Positions 11,658 through 32,446 of a stretch of DNA of 64,000 nucleotides are shown here, one piece after another. The stretch spans positions 7,750,001 to 7,814,000 of the forward strand of contig OZ024747.1 of assembly GCA_964016885.1 (NCBI GenBank), read 5' to 3'. The notes beneath the pieces are model-generated. The model was not told where the DNA came from. It searched no databases and was given only the letters and a program-made list of their open reading frames with translations. How positions within the stretch are numbered: position 1 is the first letter of the stretch; the number at the start of each line of letters is the position of its first letter. A program made the translations under genes and the position numbers. Source of the DNA: Eledone cirrhosa. Taxonomy: Eukaryota.

Positions 11658-13260
11658 CCTTCGACCGCCCCCCTCCCCCACACCTATCCCCCACTAACAC
11701 ACCCCTCCTTTTCACCGCCCACCCCACAACTAACAATAGTAACACCTCCACCCCACCGCCACCCCACATCCGACCACCCTTCCCCAACTAACATACTAAC
11801 ATCCCTCCCTTCTTCTCCCCCCCTCCTTATCACACGCACACACCCACCGGTACATATATACACACGCTCACACTAAACACACAACCTACTACCACCACTA
11901 ACCCTCACCCCCACACATCCACCCCACCACCCCGCAACTAACATCACTAACAGCCCCTGATCCCAAGCACACGAACACACACACCCACTTACACCACCCA
12001 CTCTACAGGCAACTAACATCACTAACACCCCCCAACCCTATGCACACGAACACACACACCCTCTTACACCACTCTACACACCCTACCACCACTGACCCCC
12101 ACCCACACCAGCATTCATCCCTTTCTCCACCTCCAGTATACTAACACCCACTAACACCCCCTTCACCACACACACACACACACAGTACACTACCCCCCCC
12201 CCCCCCCCCCCACACACCCACACCCTTCTCTCCCCGCTCCACCCACACCCTTTCTCAAACACTCACACCTACTAATACCCCTCCTCTCCAACTTTCACAC
12301 CTACCCATCCTCTCCCCAACTTTCACACCTACCCATCCTCTCCCCTGTCCACCGCACCTCCGCACACACTGACAGACCGACTTTCTTCACTTACCATTCT
12401 ACCCTACTGCTGCTATGCCTCTCTGACCATCTCCCCGCACACACACACACAACCCTCCTCCTGCCTTGACCCTCTGACCACTTCCTGTTGCGCGCGCACC
12501 CCACATCTCCCCTCTTCCGACCAATCTCTTCACGGATTACACATATGTGAACCTTGATCCCGAGAATCCACCGCATCCAAGGATTTTACTCAGCATTCCA
12601 CCACATCTTTTTACGGAATTACCTTTACGACTCACCCCCCACACATATGCCCCCCACAATTTTTTTCCCCACACGCCACCTACATCCACAACACGCATAA
12701 ACAGCACACACGTGCGTACCACCACATTTACACGTTCAGCCTCCGGAATCCTCTCCCCCCACCCCTCCATCCACACACGCACACACACTCCGACCTACAC
12801 CCACCCCACACACCTCTTCCTGAACATGCAACCCCGTTCTTCCCCCAACCCTTGCTTTCACACACACACACACGCACACGCACACACGCGCGCGCGCCTA
12901 CACGCGCACGCACGCACGCACGCACGCACACACGCACACACACACACCACACACCACACACACTCACACTCACACTCTCACACTCACACTCACACTCACA
13001 CTCACACTCACACACTCACACACACACCACCTTCAGCCCTCCCCGCTCGGACACCCAGTCTCCCTCTCCCCACCCCACCCCGCCACCCTCCCTACACGCC
13101 CCACACCCTTCCACCACCTGTTTTACCCCATTTTAATTTTATTTTGATCATGCTTTTATTTTTAATTTCATTTGCACCGTTTCCTCTCACCCCCTTTTTG
13201 CTATATGTCTCTCCAGCACTCCCCTACACACCTTTTGAACTCTCTTCCCACACACTTTTC

Positions 13261-13292
13261 ACCTGAAGAAGGGCTTATGCCCGAAACGTCGT
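13261..13292 (+). ncRNA. Minimal Penelope-type hammerhead ribozyme motif
   Basis: CTGAAGA-A-GGGC-TTAT-GCCC-GAAA-CGTC: conserved core, 4 bp stem II, palindromic ACGT stem III, GUC cleavage triplet; stem I only 2 bp. Confidence 0.75.
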
Positions 13293-13502
13293 TCCCCACC
13301 ACCACCCACTCTCAAGAGCGTGAAATTGATAAACCTTTGTTCGTACTGCCTCTCTGTTTTGTTCCGGTTCAATTTTTCACTATACATGTATATATATGTG
13401 TATATATGTGTATATATGTATATGTATATATATGTATATATATGTATGTGTATATATGTATATGTATATATGTATATATATGTATGTATATATGTATGTA
13501 TA

Positions 13503-15151
13503 TATCATCATCATCATCAACGTTTAACGTCCGTGTTCCACGCTTGGACGGGGGTAGTCCCACTTGAGGCAAGAGTGATTGTCTTGCTCGCATAGGACTG
13601 TCTGGCAGGTTTTCTACAGTTGGATGCCCTTCCTAACACCAACCACATTTACAGTGTGGATCTGGGAGGTTTTTACCGTGTTGCCTACACGGCCACATTA
13701 CAGCGTGGACTTTGTGTTTTTTTGTCGTGACACCTACACGATCTCATTTGTTTCGGCCTGGATGGCGCGGCACCAACATAACTTTACATAGAACGGGGTG
13801 GTGTGGATGGGGTGGGGGTGGTGGCGGGACGGGGTGTATTTTGTTAGAGATGCCTACTGGCAAGGCGGGTCTTCTCCGTTACTGAGTACCGCCAAAGGTC
13901 TCGGTCCAGTGACATTGTCTTGGAGAGGTGTAAGTGTGTGAGGTCGGAGTTTATCAGCTCGTCCCAGGTTTTTCTAGGTCTGCCTATTCCGTGGCTACCG
14001 TCTATCTTTATTGCCCTGCACTTTGTTATACAGCTATCGACTTTCATGCGCATCACGTGTCCATACCAACGTAGCCTTCTCTCGAGTAAACAACATCTGA
14101 TCCCTCTTATCTCTAATTTTTTTTTTTCCTTAGTTCGTTTATGCTTTGCCGTTCACGTATATTACTGTTACACATCCAGCGGAGCATGCAAGCTTCGTTC
14201 CTCTCTAGTCTGCGTATATCCTCTGCACACAATGCCCAGGTCTCACTGCCATGCAACATTGCTGTTCGTATGCAGGCATCGTACAACCTGCCTTTCATTT
14301 TTAGGGAGAACCCTTTAGCAGCTAATAGTGGTATAAGCTCTCTGAACTTTTTCCAACCAGTTCTGACTCTAGCTACTGTACTTTCAGAGCACCCTCCCCC
14401 ACTGCTGATTTTATCGCCCAGGTAACGGAAGCTGTCCACTATTTCTATAGAACCCTCTGCGCAATTGAAAGAGCTAGTATTTTGTGGGCACTTGCTGCTA
14501 CTTATTGCACCAGAACACCGGCCACATGTAAAATCTATGTTCTTAGTTAGCTTACCTGTGATCCCACTACATCTTTTATGCACCCATACTTTGCATTTGG
14601 GACATAAAATGGAGTTTCTACCTACGCCTTTCCTACACACCGAGCACGACCATTTCCCAGAAGGGACCACCGCCTTGTTTTCTTTCCTACAAACTAGAAC
14701 TTTAGTCTTAGTCAGGTTAATTTTAAGTCCTTTTGACTCTAGGCCGTGCTTCCATGTTTGGAATTTCTTCTCTAGCTCGGCCATTGATTCCGCTATGAGT
14801 GTCAGGTCGTCTGCGTATAGGAGTTCCCATGGGCAGCCGGTCTTGAACTCCTCTGTTATAGCCTGAAGGGCAATAATAAATAGTAGGGGGCTGAGAACAG
14901 AGCCCTGATGGACGCCAACTTTTACACTAAACTCTTCACTATATTCGTTGTTAATTCTAACCTTGCTGACTGTTTCTTTATACATGGCTTGTATAGCTCT
15001 CACAAGCCATTCGTCAACGCCTAGTTTTCTAAGAGCCCACCAGATAATGGAGCGGGGGACTCTGTCGAAGGCTTTCTCCAAGTCGACAAAAGCTAAGTAG
15101 AGGGGTTTACCTTTAGTTAGGTACTTCTCCTGTAGTTGTCGTACTATGAAA
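13503..15151 (-). mobile_element. 5'-truncated RTE-clade LINE, subfamily A
   Basis: RT motifs [33 protein letters not shown] and the C-terminal [17 protein letters not shown]. Frameshift in the homopolymer run near 14120; (ATG)n tail. Nearly identical to 20415-22077. Confidence 0.95.
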
Positions 15152-19658
<4,507 letters not shown>

Positions 19659-22077
19659 CAGTAAGGTGGAGGAGTCAATTAAGGCCAAAAAGCAGGCTTG
19701 GAAAGTATGGCGGGATGGGGAAGTAGAGTAGACTATCAAGTGGCCAGGAGGGAAGCTAGGAGAGAAGTGTACTTAGCAAGAAGGGAAGCTGAGGAAAGAA
19801 AGTTCAAGCATGTCCTACAACGCGATGACCAAAACGTGAGGTGTTCAGGATTGCTAGGCAATGCGTCAAGGAAAACCGTGATATTGTCGGGGAGAAGTGT
19901 GTACTTAACGATGATGGCATACTTGCCATCACCGACACTGATAAGAAGGCAGCTTGGAAGTGTCACTATGAAAGGCTACTAAATGAGGAGAATAAATGGG
20001 AGAAAGACAGTCTCCCCCATGTCGACCCAATAGAGGGACCAGCAGTGTTAGTCGAGGGGAGTATAATAAGTAAGGCAATCAAGGATATGAAGACAGGTAA
20101 GGCGGCTGGGCCTTCGGAAATAGTTGCTGAGATGCTGAAGGCATCTGGCACGGTGGGACACACCATGGTCACCCGCATAGTTAACCAAGTCGTACAGAAT
20201 GGGGTTGTTCCGAAGGACTGGCATAGCAGCATCATCGTTAACTGTTATAAGGGTAAAGGAGACGCCCTAGATAGGAGTAACTATAGAGGCATTAAATTAA
20301 TCGACCAGGTCATGAAGGTCACAGAAAAAGTAATAGCGCAACTAATCAGAGAGAGAATTGACCTAGATGAAATGCAGTTCGGGTTTGTGTCAGGCAAAAG
20401 TACCACAGACGCTCTTTTCATAGTACGACAACTACAGGAGAAGTACCTAGCTAAAGGTAAACCCCTCTACTTAGCTTTTGTCGACTTGGAGAAAGCCTTC
20501 GACAGAGTCCCCCGCTCCATTATCTGGTGGGCTCTTAGAAAACTAGGCGTTGACGAATGGCTTGTGAGGGCTATACAAGCCATGTATAAAGAAACAGTCA
20601 GCAAGGTTAGAATTAACAACGAATATAGTGAAGAGTTTAGCGTAAAAGTTGGCGTCCATCAGGGCTCTGTTCTCAGCCCCCTACTATTTATTATTGCCCT
20701 TCAGGCTATAACAGAGGAGTTCAAGACAGGCTGCCCATGGGAACTCCTATACGCAGACGACCTGACACTCATAGCGGAATCAATGGCCGAGCTAGAGAAG
20801 AAATTCCAAACATGGAAGCACGGCCTAGAGTCAAAAGGACTTAAAATTAACCTGGCTAAGACCAAAGTTCTAGTTTGTAGGAAAGAAAACAAGGCGGCGG
20901 TCCCTTCTGGGAAATGGTCGTGCTCGGTGTGTAGGAAAGGCGTAGGTAGAAACTCCATTTTGTGTCCTAAATGCAAAGTATGGGTGCATAAAAGATGTAG
21001 TGGGATCACAGGTAAGCTAACTAAGAACATAGATTTTACATGTGGCCGGTGTTCTGGTGCAATAAGTAGCAGCAAGTGCCCACACAATACTAGCTCTTTC
21101 AATTGCGCAGAGGGTTCTATAGAAATAGTGGACAGCTTCCGTTACCTGGGCGATAAAATCAGCAGTGGGGGAGGGTGCTCTGAAAGTACTGTAGCTAGAG
21201 TCAGAACTGGTTGGAAAAAGTTCAGAGAGCTTATACCACTATTAGCTGCTAAAGGGTTCTCCCTAAAAATGAAAGGCAGGTTGTACGATGCCTGCATACG
21301 AACAGCAATGTTGCATGGCAGTGAGACCTGGGCATTGTGTGCAGAGGATATACGCAGACTAGAGAGGAACGAAGCTTGCATGCTCCGCTGGATGTGTAAC
21401 AGTAATATACGTGAACGGCAAAGCATAAACGAACTAAGGAAAAAATTAGAGATAAGAGGGATCAGATGTTGTTTACTCGAGAGAAGGCTACGTTGGTATG
21501 GACACGTGATGCGCATGAAAGTCGATAGCTGTATAACAAAGTGCAGGGCAATAAAGATAGACGGTAGCCACGGAATAGGCAGACCTAGAAAAACCTGGGA
21601 CGAGCTGATAAACTCCGACCTCACACACTTACACCTCTCCAAGACAATGTCACTGGACCGAGACCTTTGGCGGTACTCAGTAACAGAGAAGACCCGCCTT
21701 GCCAGTAGGCATCTCTAACAAAATACACCCCGTCCCACCACCACCACCCCCACCCCATCCACACCACCCCGTCCTATGTAAAGTTATGTTGGTGCCGCGC
21801 CATCCGGGCCGAAACAAATGAGATCGTGTAGGTGTCACGACAAAAAAACACACAGTCCACGCTGTAATGTGGCCGTGTAGGCAACACGGTAAAAACCTCC
21901 CAGACCCACACTGTAAATGTGGTTGGTGTTAGGAAGGGCATCCAACTGTAGAAAACCTGCCAGACAGTCCTATGCGAGCAAGACAATCACTCTTGCCTCA
22001 AGTGGGACTACCCCCGTCCAAACCCATGCAAGCGTGGAACACGGACGTTAAACGTTGATGATGATGATGATGATGAT
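19659..22077 (+). mobile_element. 5'-truncated RTE-clade LINE, subfamily A (lacks the APE endonuclease region)
   Basis: Linker plus complete RT domain, 3' UTR and (TGA)n tail; flanked by TA arrays. Confidence 0.96.
19841..21718 (+). CDS. RTE reverse transcriptase ORF (625 aa open frame, N-terminally truncated) with embedded PHD-type finger
   Basis: Motifs [64 protein letters not shown]4HC3 insert, FRYLG. Upstream coding sequence (19660-19840) is frameshifted. Confidence 0.9.
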   Translation: MFRIARQCVKENRDIVGEKCVLNDDGILAITDTDKKAAWKCHYERLLNEENKWEKDSLPHVDPIEGPAVLVEGSIISKAIKDMKTGKAAGPSEIVAEMLKASGTVGHTMVTRIVNQVVQNGVVPKDWHSSIIVNCYKGKGDALDRSNYRGIKLIDQVMKVTEKVIAQLIRERIDLDEMQFGFVSGKSTTDALFIVRQLQEKYLAKGKPLYLAFVDLEKAFDRVPRSIIWWALRKLGVDEWLVRAIQAMYKETVSKVRINNEYSEEFSVKVGVHQGSVLSPLLFIIALQAITEEFKTGCPWELLYADDLTLIAESMAELEKKFQTWKHGLESKGLKINLAKTKVLVCRKENKAAVPSGKWSCSVCRKGVGRNSILCPKCKVWVHKRCSGITGKLTKNIDFTCGRCSGAISSSKCPHNTSSFNCAEGSIEIVDSFRYLGDKISSGGGCSESTVARVRTGWKKFRELIPLLAAKGFSLKMKGRLYDACIRTAMLHGSETWALCAEDIRRLERNEACMLRWMCNSNIRERQSINELRKKLEIRGIRCCLLERRLRWYGHVMRMKVDSCITKCRAIKIDGSHGIGRPRKTWDELINSDLTHLHLSKTMSLDRDLWRYSVTEKTRLASRHL

Positions 22078-23668
<1,591 letters not shown>

Positions 23669-25000
23669 TCATCATCACCGTTTTACGTCCGTTCTTCCAC
23701 GCTAGCATGGGTTAGACGGGTTGTCCTGTTGTGGGCAGTGTCTGGTCGGCTGACCATGCCTTGCTCATACAGGAACTGATCTGGCTTGATTTCTACAGCT
23801 GGATGCCCTTCCTAACACCAACCTCATTTACAGTGAGTGCTGGGTGCTTTTTCGTGGCGCCTACACGTCCACTTTACAGTGTGGGCTGGGTGCTTTTTTG
23901 CCGTGGCACCTCCACGACCACCTTGCGGTGGGGGGGGGGGGGGGGCATATTGTTTATATGCTTCAGCATGTACCCATGGGAGGTCGGGTACCCCGTATTA
24001 CTGCGTGACGCCAGAAGTCACGGTCGTGTGTCATTGACTTTGAGAGGTGTAGTTGGGTAAGGTCGGCTTTTATCACCTCATCCCAAGTCATCTTGGGTCT
24101 CCCCACTCCGCGGTTTCCATCAACTTCTAGTGCTCTGCACCTTTTTATGCAGCTGTCATCCTTCATACGCATCACATGTCCATACCAGCGTAACCGCCTC
24201 TCCTGCACGCAGCATTTGATTCCTCTTATGCTCAGTCTCTCTCTCAATTCATTTATGCTTTGTCGTTCACGTATATTACTGTTACACATCCATCGGAGCA
24301 TGCAGGCTTCGTTTCTCTCTAATCTACGTAAGTCTTCCACCTTCAGCGCCCAGGTCTCACTACCATGCAACATCGCTGTTCGGATACACGCATCATACAG
24401 TCTGCCTTTCATTCTGAGGGAGAAGCCTTTTGCAGCTAGCAGTGGTAGTAGTTCCCTAAACTTCTTCCATCCCGTTCTTACCCTAGTTATTGTACTTTCT
24501 GAGCACCCACCTCCGTTGCTAATTCGGTCACCTAGGTAGCAGAAGCTGTCTACTGTTTCTACAGGGCCCTCCCAGAGATTGGTGGTACTTGTTTCCTGTG
24601 GCTGTTTGCTTGCTGTTTCAGCACAGCTGCTGCATGTGAATCCTACATTCTTAATTAAGCTTCCTGAGATCCCGCTACATCTCTTGTGTACCCATTGTTT
24701 GCATTTGGGGCAAAGAATGGAGTTCCTACCTACACCTTTCCTACATACTGAGCAAGGCCATTTCCCTGAGGGGATCTGGGTTCTGTTTTCTCGTCTACTT
24801 ATAAGGACCTTAGTCTTTGTCATGTTGACTTTGAGGCCCTTTCTCTCTAGTCCCTGCTTCCAGGTTTGGAATTTATTCTCTAGTTCTACCATAGATTCAG
24901 CTATGAGTGCGAGGTCATCAGCATACAGGAGTTCCCATGGGCATCCGGTCTTAAACTCCTCCGTTATTGCCTGCAGGACTATGATGAACAGGAGAGGGCT
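23669..25000 (-). mobile_element. 5'-truncated RTE-clade LINE, subfamily B
   Basis: Open frame [36 protein letters not shown] ending at 23963, then 3' UTR and (ATG)n tail. Close to the copy at 54561-55909. Confidence 0.95.
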
Positions 25001-27279
<2,279 letters not shown>

Positions 27280-28682
27280 GTTTTCTCTTTCTCTTAATTT
27301 CGAGTATATTTTTTTGACCGGCCACCTTCCTGGTGGCAAGGTTGTAAAAGAAAAGAAATTGTCATCCCTTGAATCGCAAGAATGTTTTGCATATTTTGAA
27401 GGTGCCAGCTATCGCAGCCATTTGTAGACTATGAATTAGGGAGCTGCGCTTTTTGTCCGCAAATCCAAGTTCGGTCATACTTTGGTCCAAGCGGGTTGGT
27501 ATATAACCCGTAGCACCAATAATGATGGGTATGAAGCTAAAGGTGTATCTTGGATACTGGATTTGTAAGCTCCTCATCAATGGTCCGTAGATGTCCTCCT
27601 TCTCCTGTATTTTTCTGACAACGTTTACATCAAGTGGGCAGCTGATCTCCACAACAGAACACGTTTTCAATGTGTGGTCCCAAACTACAATATCAGGCCG
27701 GTTGTGCTTTAATTTGGTGGCAGTTTTTATTTTCAGGTTCCACCAGTATTCCTTAGTGCCATCTGTCTCAATATATTCTTCCTCGTTTGTTGTTAATTTT
27801 GTTTTCCGAAGTGCGTTCCAGATAGTTCTAGCTATCCCATCGTGTCTCATGGGGAGGTAGTAGCGAGATGACATTCTTTCGCAGCTGGCAACAATGTGGC
27901 TTACATCCTCGATCTTTGTTTTACATAGCCTACATTTATTGTCAGCTGCTGGCCCTCCTCTTTTGTGCAGCAGATATTTGGTAGGGAGTTCTTGTTCCTG
28001 TATTGCATAGAGATATCCCTCAAGGTGTGATGTCATAAACTTGTCGGAACTCCATGCCAGGCTTTTTGAGTGGTTTATCCCCTCTATGGTCTGTGTTTTA
28101 CGCCTCAAGTATCCATGCACAACTTTCTCTGTAAATTGGTCAATTTTTTTTTCTTGTTTGAACATTGAATAGGATCTTCCGATTTCTCTGGGTGAGAGAT
28201 TTATATCAGGCTTTATTCCATATCTCTCCTCCAGATCAGTCGCTATTCTAATGATATTTCTTTTTTCATGCTCATAAACCTGAGCAAGATGGTCGCCAAC
28301 CTTTTTCCTCTGTTGAAGGTGTTGCTTCAGTGTTACTATCCGGGTCTCATATGTTGTTAATATTGATTTTAGACCCCGGCCACCTTCCTTGCGTGAGAAG
28401 TATAGCCTATCCACATCACCATTGATGTTAAAGTTCCCAGTAACACTGAGAAGTTTACGAGTTCTAACATCCATCTCACTTAGTTCTTGCAATGACCAGT
28501 TCAGTAGGCCAAATGTTGGCGTTATAATTGGCACAGCATAGGTATTGTGGGCAATGTATTTGTTGTATGCTGACAGTTCTGATGACCATATTTTTTTTAC
28601 TCTTCTGAGGTATTCAGTTCTGGTTCTCTCCTTATTTATGGGTCCATCATATCTGACATTCTCATCCTGTCCAAGATATCTG
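27280..28682 (-). mobile_element. 5'-truncated RLE-type non-LTR retrotransposon, R4/Dong-like
   Basis: Uninterrupted frame from YRYLG to the stop at 27362: [17 protein letters not shown] knuckle CRLC..HIVASC, RHD, RPDIVV..VEISCP..KEDIY (PD-(D/E)xK nuclease). Short 3' UTR with a hairpin. Confidence 0.9.
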
Positions 28683-29167
28683 TATATATATGTATATATA
28701 TATGTATGTATGTATATATATATGTATGTATGTATGTATATATATATATGTATATATATATGTATGTATATATATATGTATGTATATATATATGTATATA
28801 TATATGTATGTATATATATATGTATGTATATATATATGTATGTATATATATATGTATGTATATATATATGTATGTATATATATGTGTATGTATATATATA
28901 TGTATGTATATATATATGTATGTATATATATATGTATATATATGTATGTATATATATATATATGTATATATATATGTATATATATATATATGTATATATA
29001 TATGTATGTATATATATATGTATATATATATGTATATATATATGTATGTATATATATATGTATATATATATGTATGTATATATATATGTATATATATATG
29101 TATGTATATATATATGTATGTATATATATATGTATGTATATATATATATGTATATATATATGTATGT

Positions 29168-29208
<41 letters not shown>

Positions 29209-29458
29209 TGTATGTATATATGTATATATATATGTATGTATATATATGTATATATATATGTATGTATATATATATATGTATATATATATGTATGTATATA
29301 TGTATATATATATATGTATATATATATATGTATGTATATATGTATGTATGTATATATATATATGTATGTATATATATATATGTATATATATATGTATGTA
29401 TGTATGTATGTATAGATGTATGTATGTATAGATGTATGTATATATATATATATATATA
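28683..29458. repeat. (TATG)n/(TA)n microsatellite
   Basis: Direct inspection. Confidence 0.97.
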
Positions 29459-30440
29459 TGCTGCAGTGGATGAAGAGCTTCCTGTCAAACAGAATCCAAC
29501 ATGTAGTTGAAGGAGTCAAATCCAGCCCAGCCAAAGTCAGTAGTGGTGTCCCACAAGGCACTGTGTTGGGCCCACTTCTCTTCATCTATATTAATGACAT
29601 CACTGACATCATCAAACACAGCAACATAAAAATTTTCGCTGATTATTCCAAGCTCCAAAAGGTCATCAATGGCGTGGATGACCGGATAAGCCTTCAGTCA
29701 GACCTACTGGCTGTTACCCAATGGTCGGAAAAGAACATGTTACTGAACGAAGACAAATTCGAACTCATCCACTTTGGAAAAGAGGATGCTCTGAAACTCC
29801 CGTACTCCCTTCCCTCCGGTGAAACTCTCGTGGCATCTAACAACATCAGAGACTTGGGAGTAACCGTGGACAGCAACATATAAGGAGCAAAGTTGACATG
29901 GCCCGCAGAATGTGTTCCTGGATCCTCAGAACCTTCCAGTCGAGAGATTCCCACACCATTATCCTTCTCTTCTCTACTTTTGCCCGACCACACCTTGAAT
30001 ACTGTTGTCCACTGTGGTCTCCCCACACGAAACAAAGTAGCATGAAACTTGAAGCTCCTCAAAGGGCAATCACGAAAAAGATAGATGGCATGTCAGACCT
30101 TGACTACTGGGGTCGACTAGAAAAGCTGAAACTTTACTCACTCCAACGTCGCCATGAGCGTTATATTATCTGCATGATGTGGAAAATGTTCCATCATCAC
30201 TGCCCAAATGATGTTGGCATCGCCTTCAAAATACACCCAAGGCTTGGGCCCCGTGCTATCCGTCCCAAACAAAAATCTAAATCGCAACTCATAACAACAA
30301 TACGGCACAATTATTTCACCTCAATTGGCCCTGCTCTCTTCAACATCACACCAGGACACGTCAAAACAGAAACTGACCACACAAAATTCAAGAAGTCTTT
30401 GGACAAATTCCTCCAAGTAATCCCGGACAAACCACCCACA
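29459..30440 (+). mobile_element. Degenerate CR1/L2-group LINE RT fragment
   Basis: [37 protein letters not shown], then after a break ARPHLEYCCPLWSP..LYSLQRRHERY..FKKSLDKFL..IPDKP. Confidence 0.9.
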
Positions 30441-30750
30441 TATCAATATTTATATATTGTTATACTTGGGGAGGGTCATATTTGTGTAATATTGCCAGAA
30501 TTAATAACAGAACACACTCACTGTTTGGTTGGTTTTCGCTTCTCGCTGTCTTTTATATCTGCGATCTAACTCAATAGGTCCTCAATGTTGCCATTGACTG
30601 ACCGACGGTCAAAAATAATACAGATACAATATAGACACAAACACATATATATAGTTTACATAATTTACATAAATCTTTCGTTGCACATCTGCAACATCGT
30701 CAGTGGTGTTATATTTTTTCCTCCTGTTGTGTTGTATGTCTACGCCATTT
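30441..30750 (-). mobile_element. Probable Penelope-like pseudo-LTR remnant
   Basis: Unique AT-rich segment between the CR1 fragment and an AT repeat; contains a hammerhead-like motif on the minus strand. Confidence 0.45.
30668..30706 (-). ncRNA. Minimal, possibly degenerate hammerhead ribozyme motif
   Basis: Minus strand reads CTGACGA-T-GTTGCA-GATG-TGCAAC-GAAA-GATTTA: perfect 6 bp stem II; stems I and III weak. Confidence 0.6.
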
Positions 30751-30759
30751 TTTTATTTA

Positions 30760-31099
30760 TATATATGGCAATATTTATATATATATATGGCAATATTTAT
30801 ATATATATATCAATATTTATATATATATATATATCAATATTTATATATATTTATATATATATATATATCAATATTTATATATATATATATCAATATTTAT
30901 ATATATATATATCAATATTTATATATATATATATATATATATATCAATATTTATATATATATATATATATATATATTTCAATATTTATATATATATATAT
31001 ATATATATAGCAATATTTATATATATAGCAATATTTATATATATATATATATATTTCAATATTTATATATATATATATGGCAATATTAATATATATATA
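30760..31099. repeat. CAATATTT(AT)n compound repeat
   Basis: Direct inspection. Confidence 0.9.
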
Positions 31100-31781
31100 A
31101 AATCAAGGAAAAGCAAATGTATTAATTACATGTAGGAACACCTACTTCTATTACACCCACACACACCATATACATCGCACACGCACTCTCTCTCTCTCTC
31201 CCTCTCCCTCTCCCTCTCCCTCTCCCTCTCCCTCTCCCTCTCTCTCTCTCTGAGAGATTTGAAGTTTCGCCACACCTACCTTTTGAAACTGTTTGGATAG
31301 ATTATCAACCTTAAACATGCTAGAAGACTGAAATGTTGGATAAATTGTTATGTAATGGTCGGAGAAGCTTTGAGTAGAAAAATCGCGGAACATAGAAAAG
31401 GGTTAAGTTGAGATCAATAGTAAGTGAGGAGAAAGAAATAAGAACAAATAAAGTGAGGTTAGATAAAATATTCATGCTAAACTTAGAATAATTCATTCAT
31501 TCATATGTATATTAAAACAGTTTTTGAACTTACGAATCCAAAATCTCTAAATATGAAAGGACGGTGAACTGAACAAAAACGTGATATTGCGCCATAAAAG
31601 CAAAGCTATTTTAGTATTACTTTTACAAAAGAACTTATTTTAAATATTAATGTCATAAAGACAAAAAAATATCAATGTATTAAGAAAAAAAAAAAACATT
31701 AAAAAGATGTCTACAAAATATTAAGATTTAATTTAAATTAATATAGCCGTGTGATTTAAATACATTATGAAATTTTGGTAT

Positions 31782-32146
31782 TATAGTAAAACACCATTCT
31801 CGATTTCAGTGGGCAATAGTTATTACTCCTTTAAAAAAAAAAAAAATTATATTATTTTTTGATGTCAACTAATCTGACCTCCGAATATGCCGCAGAGGAG
31901 GGGTTTGAGGGGTAGGGACTCGGACTTTACACCCACCCCTGGAGTTTTCATTATTTTATTTTTCATGTTCGTTTTTTTAGTTAACCGTCCGTACCTCACG
32001 AGAAATGTCGGAAGGGTTTATATTGTATATAAGTCATTTGTGACATATCCGGAGGTCAGATTAATTAATAGCACTCGAAAAAACAAACAAAAAAAATATA
32101 GGAATAATAATTATTCTCACTGAAGTCGAGATGCGGTTTTTCTATA
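31782..32146. mobile_element. MITE / non-autonomous DNA transposon
   Basis: Imperfect TIRs (TCTCGATTTCAGTGGGCAATAGTTATT vs AATAATTATTCTCACTGAAGTCGAGA) and an inner IR (CTAATCTGACCTCCGAATATG / CATATCCGGAGGTCAGATTAA). Related to 39311-39890. Confidence 0.75.
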
Positions 32147-32267
32147 AATTTACCGAAATTTTGTTCAATATGTATATTTGTCATGATAAAAATGTGTTTA
32201 TGGTATATAAGGGCAAGGACGATGAGTATTTTCATAAACGTTTTATACAAGGTTAATATAATATAAG

Positions 32268-32446
32268 GGCGGTGGATTGGCAGTATCGGTAGAGAGTCGG
32301 ACGCCATGCTTTCCAGCATAGTTACGTCCCTTTACAGTCTGAGTTCAAATCCCGCTGAGGTTCACTTTGCCTTTCATCCTTACGGGGTCGATAAAATAAA
32401 GTACCAGTAATGCACTGGGTAATTGCTGGCCTTGTGCCAAAAGTAG
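32268..32446 (+). mobile_element. tRNA-derived SINE family 1
   Basis: Near-identical to 8715-8898; GTTAATATAAT occurs on both flanks. Confidence 0.92.

Larger units (their letters stand above)
10761..13385 (+). mobile_element. 5'-truncated Penelope-like retroelement (Neptune-type) with long C/A-rich 3' region
   Basis: RT C-terminus/thumb and GIY-YIG coding remnant at 10764-11657, then low-complexity sequence and a terminal hammerhead at 13261-13292. Ends at a TA/TATG tract. Confidence 0.8.
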
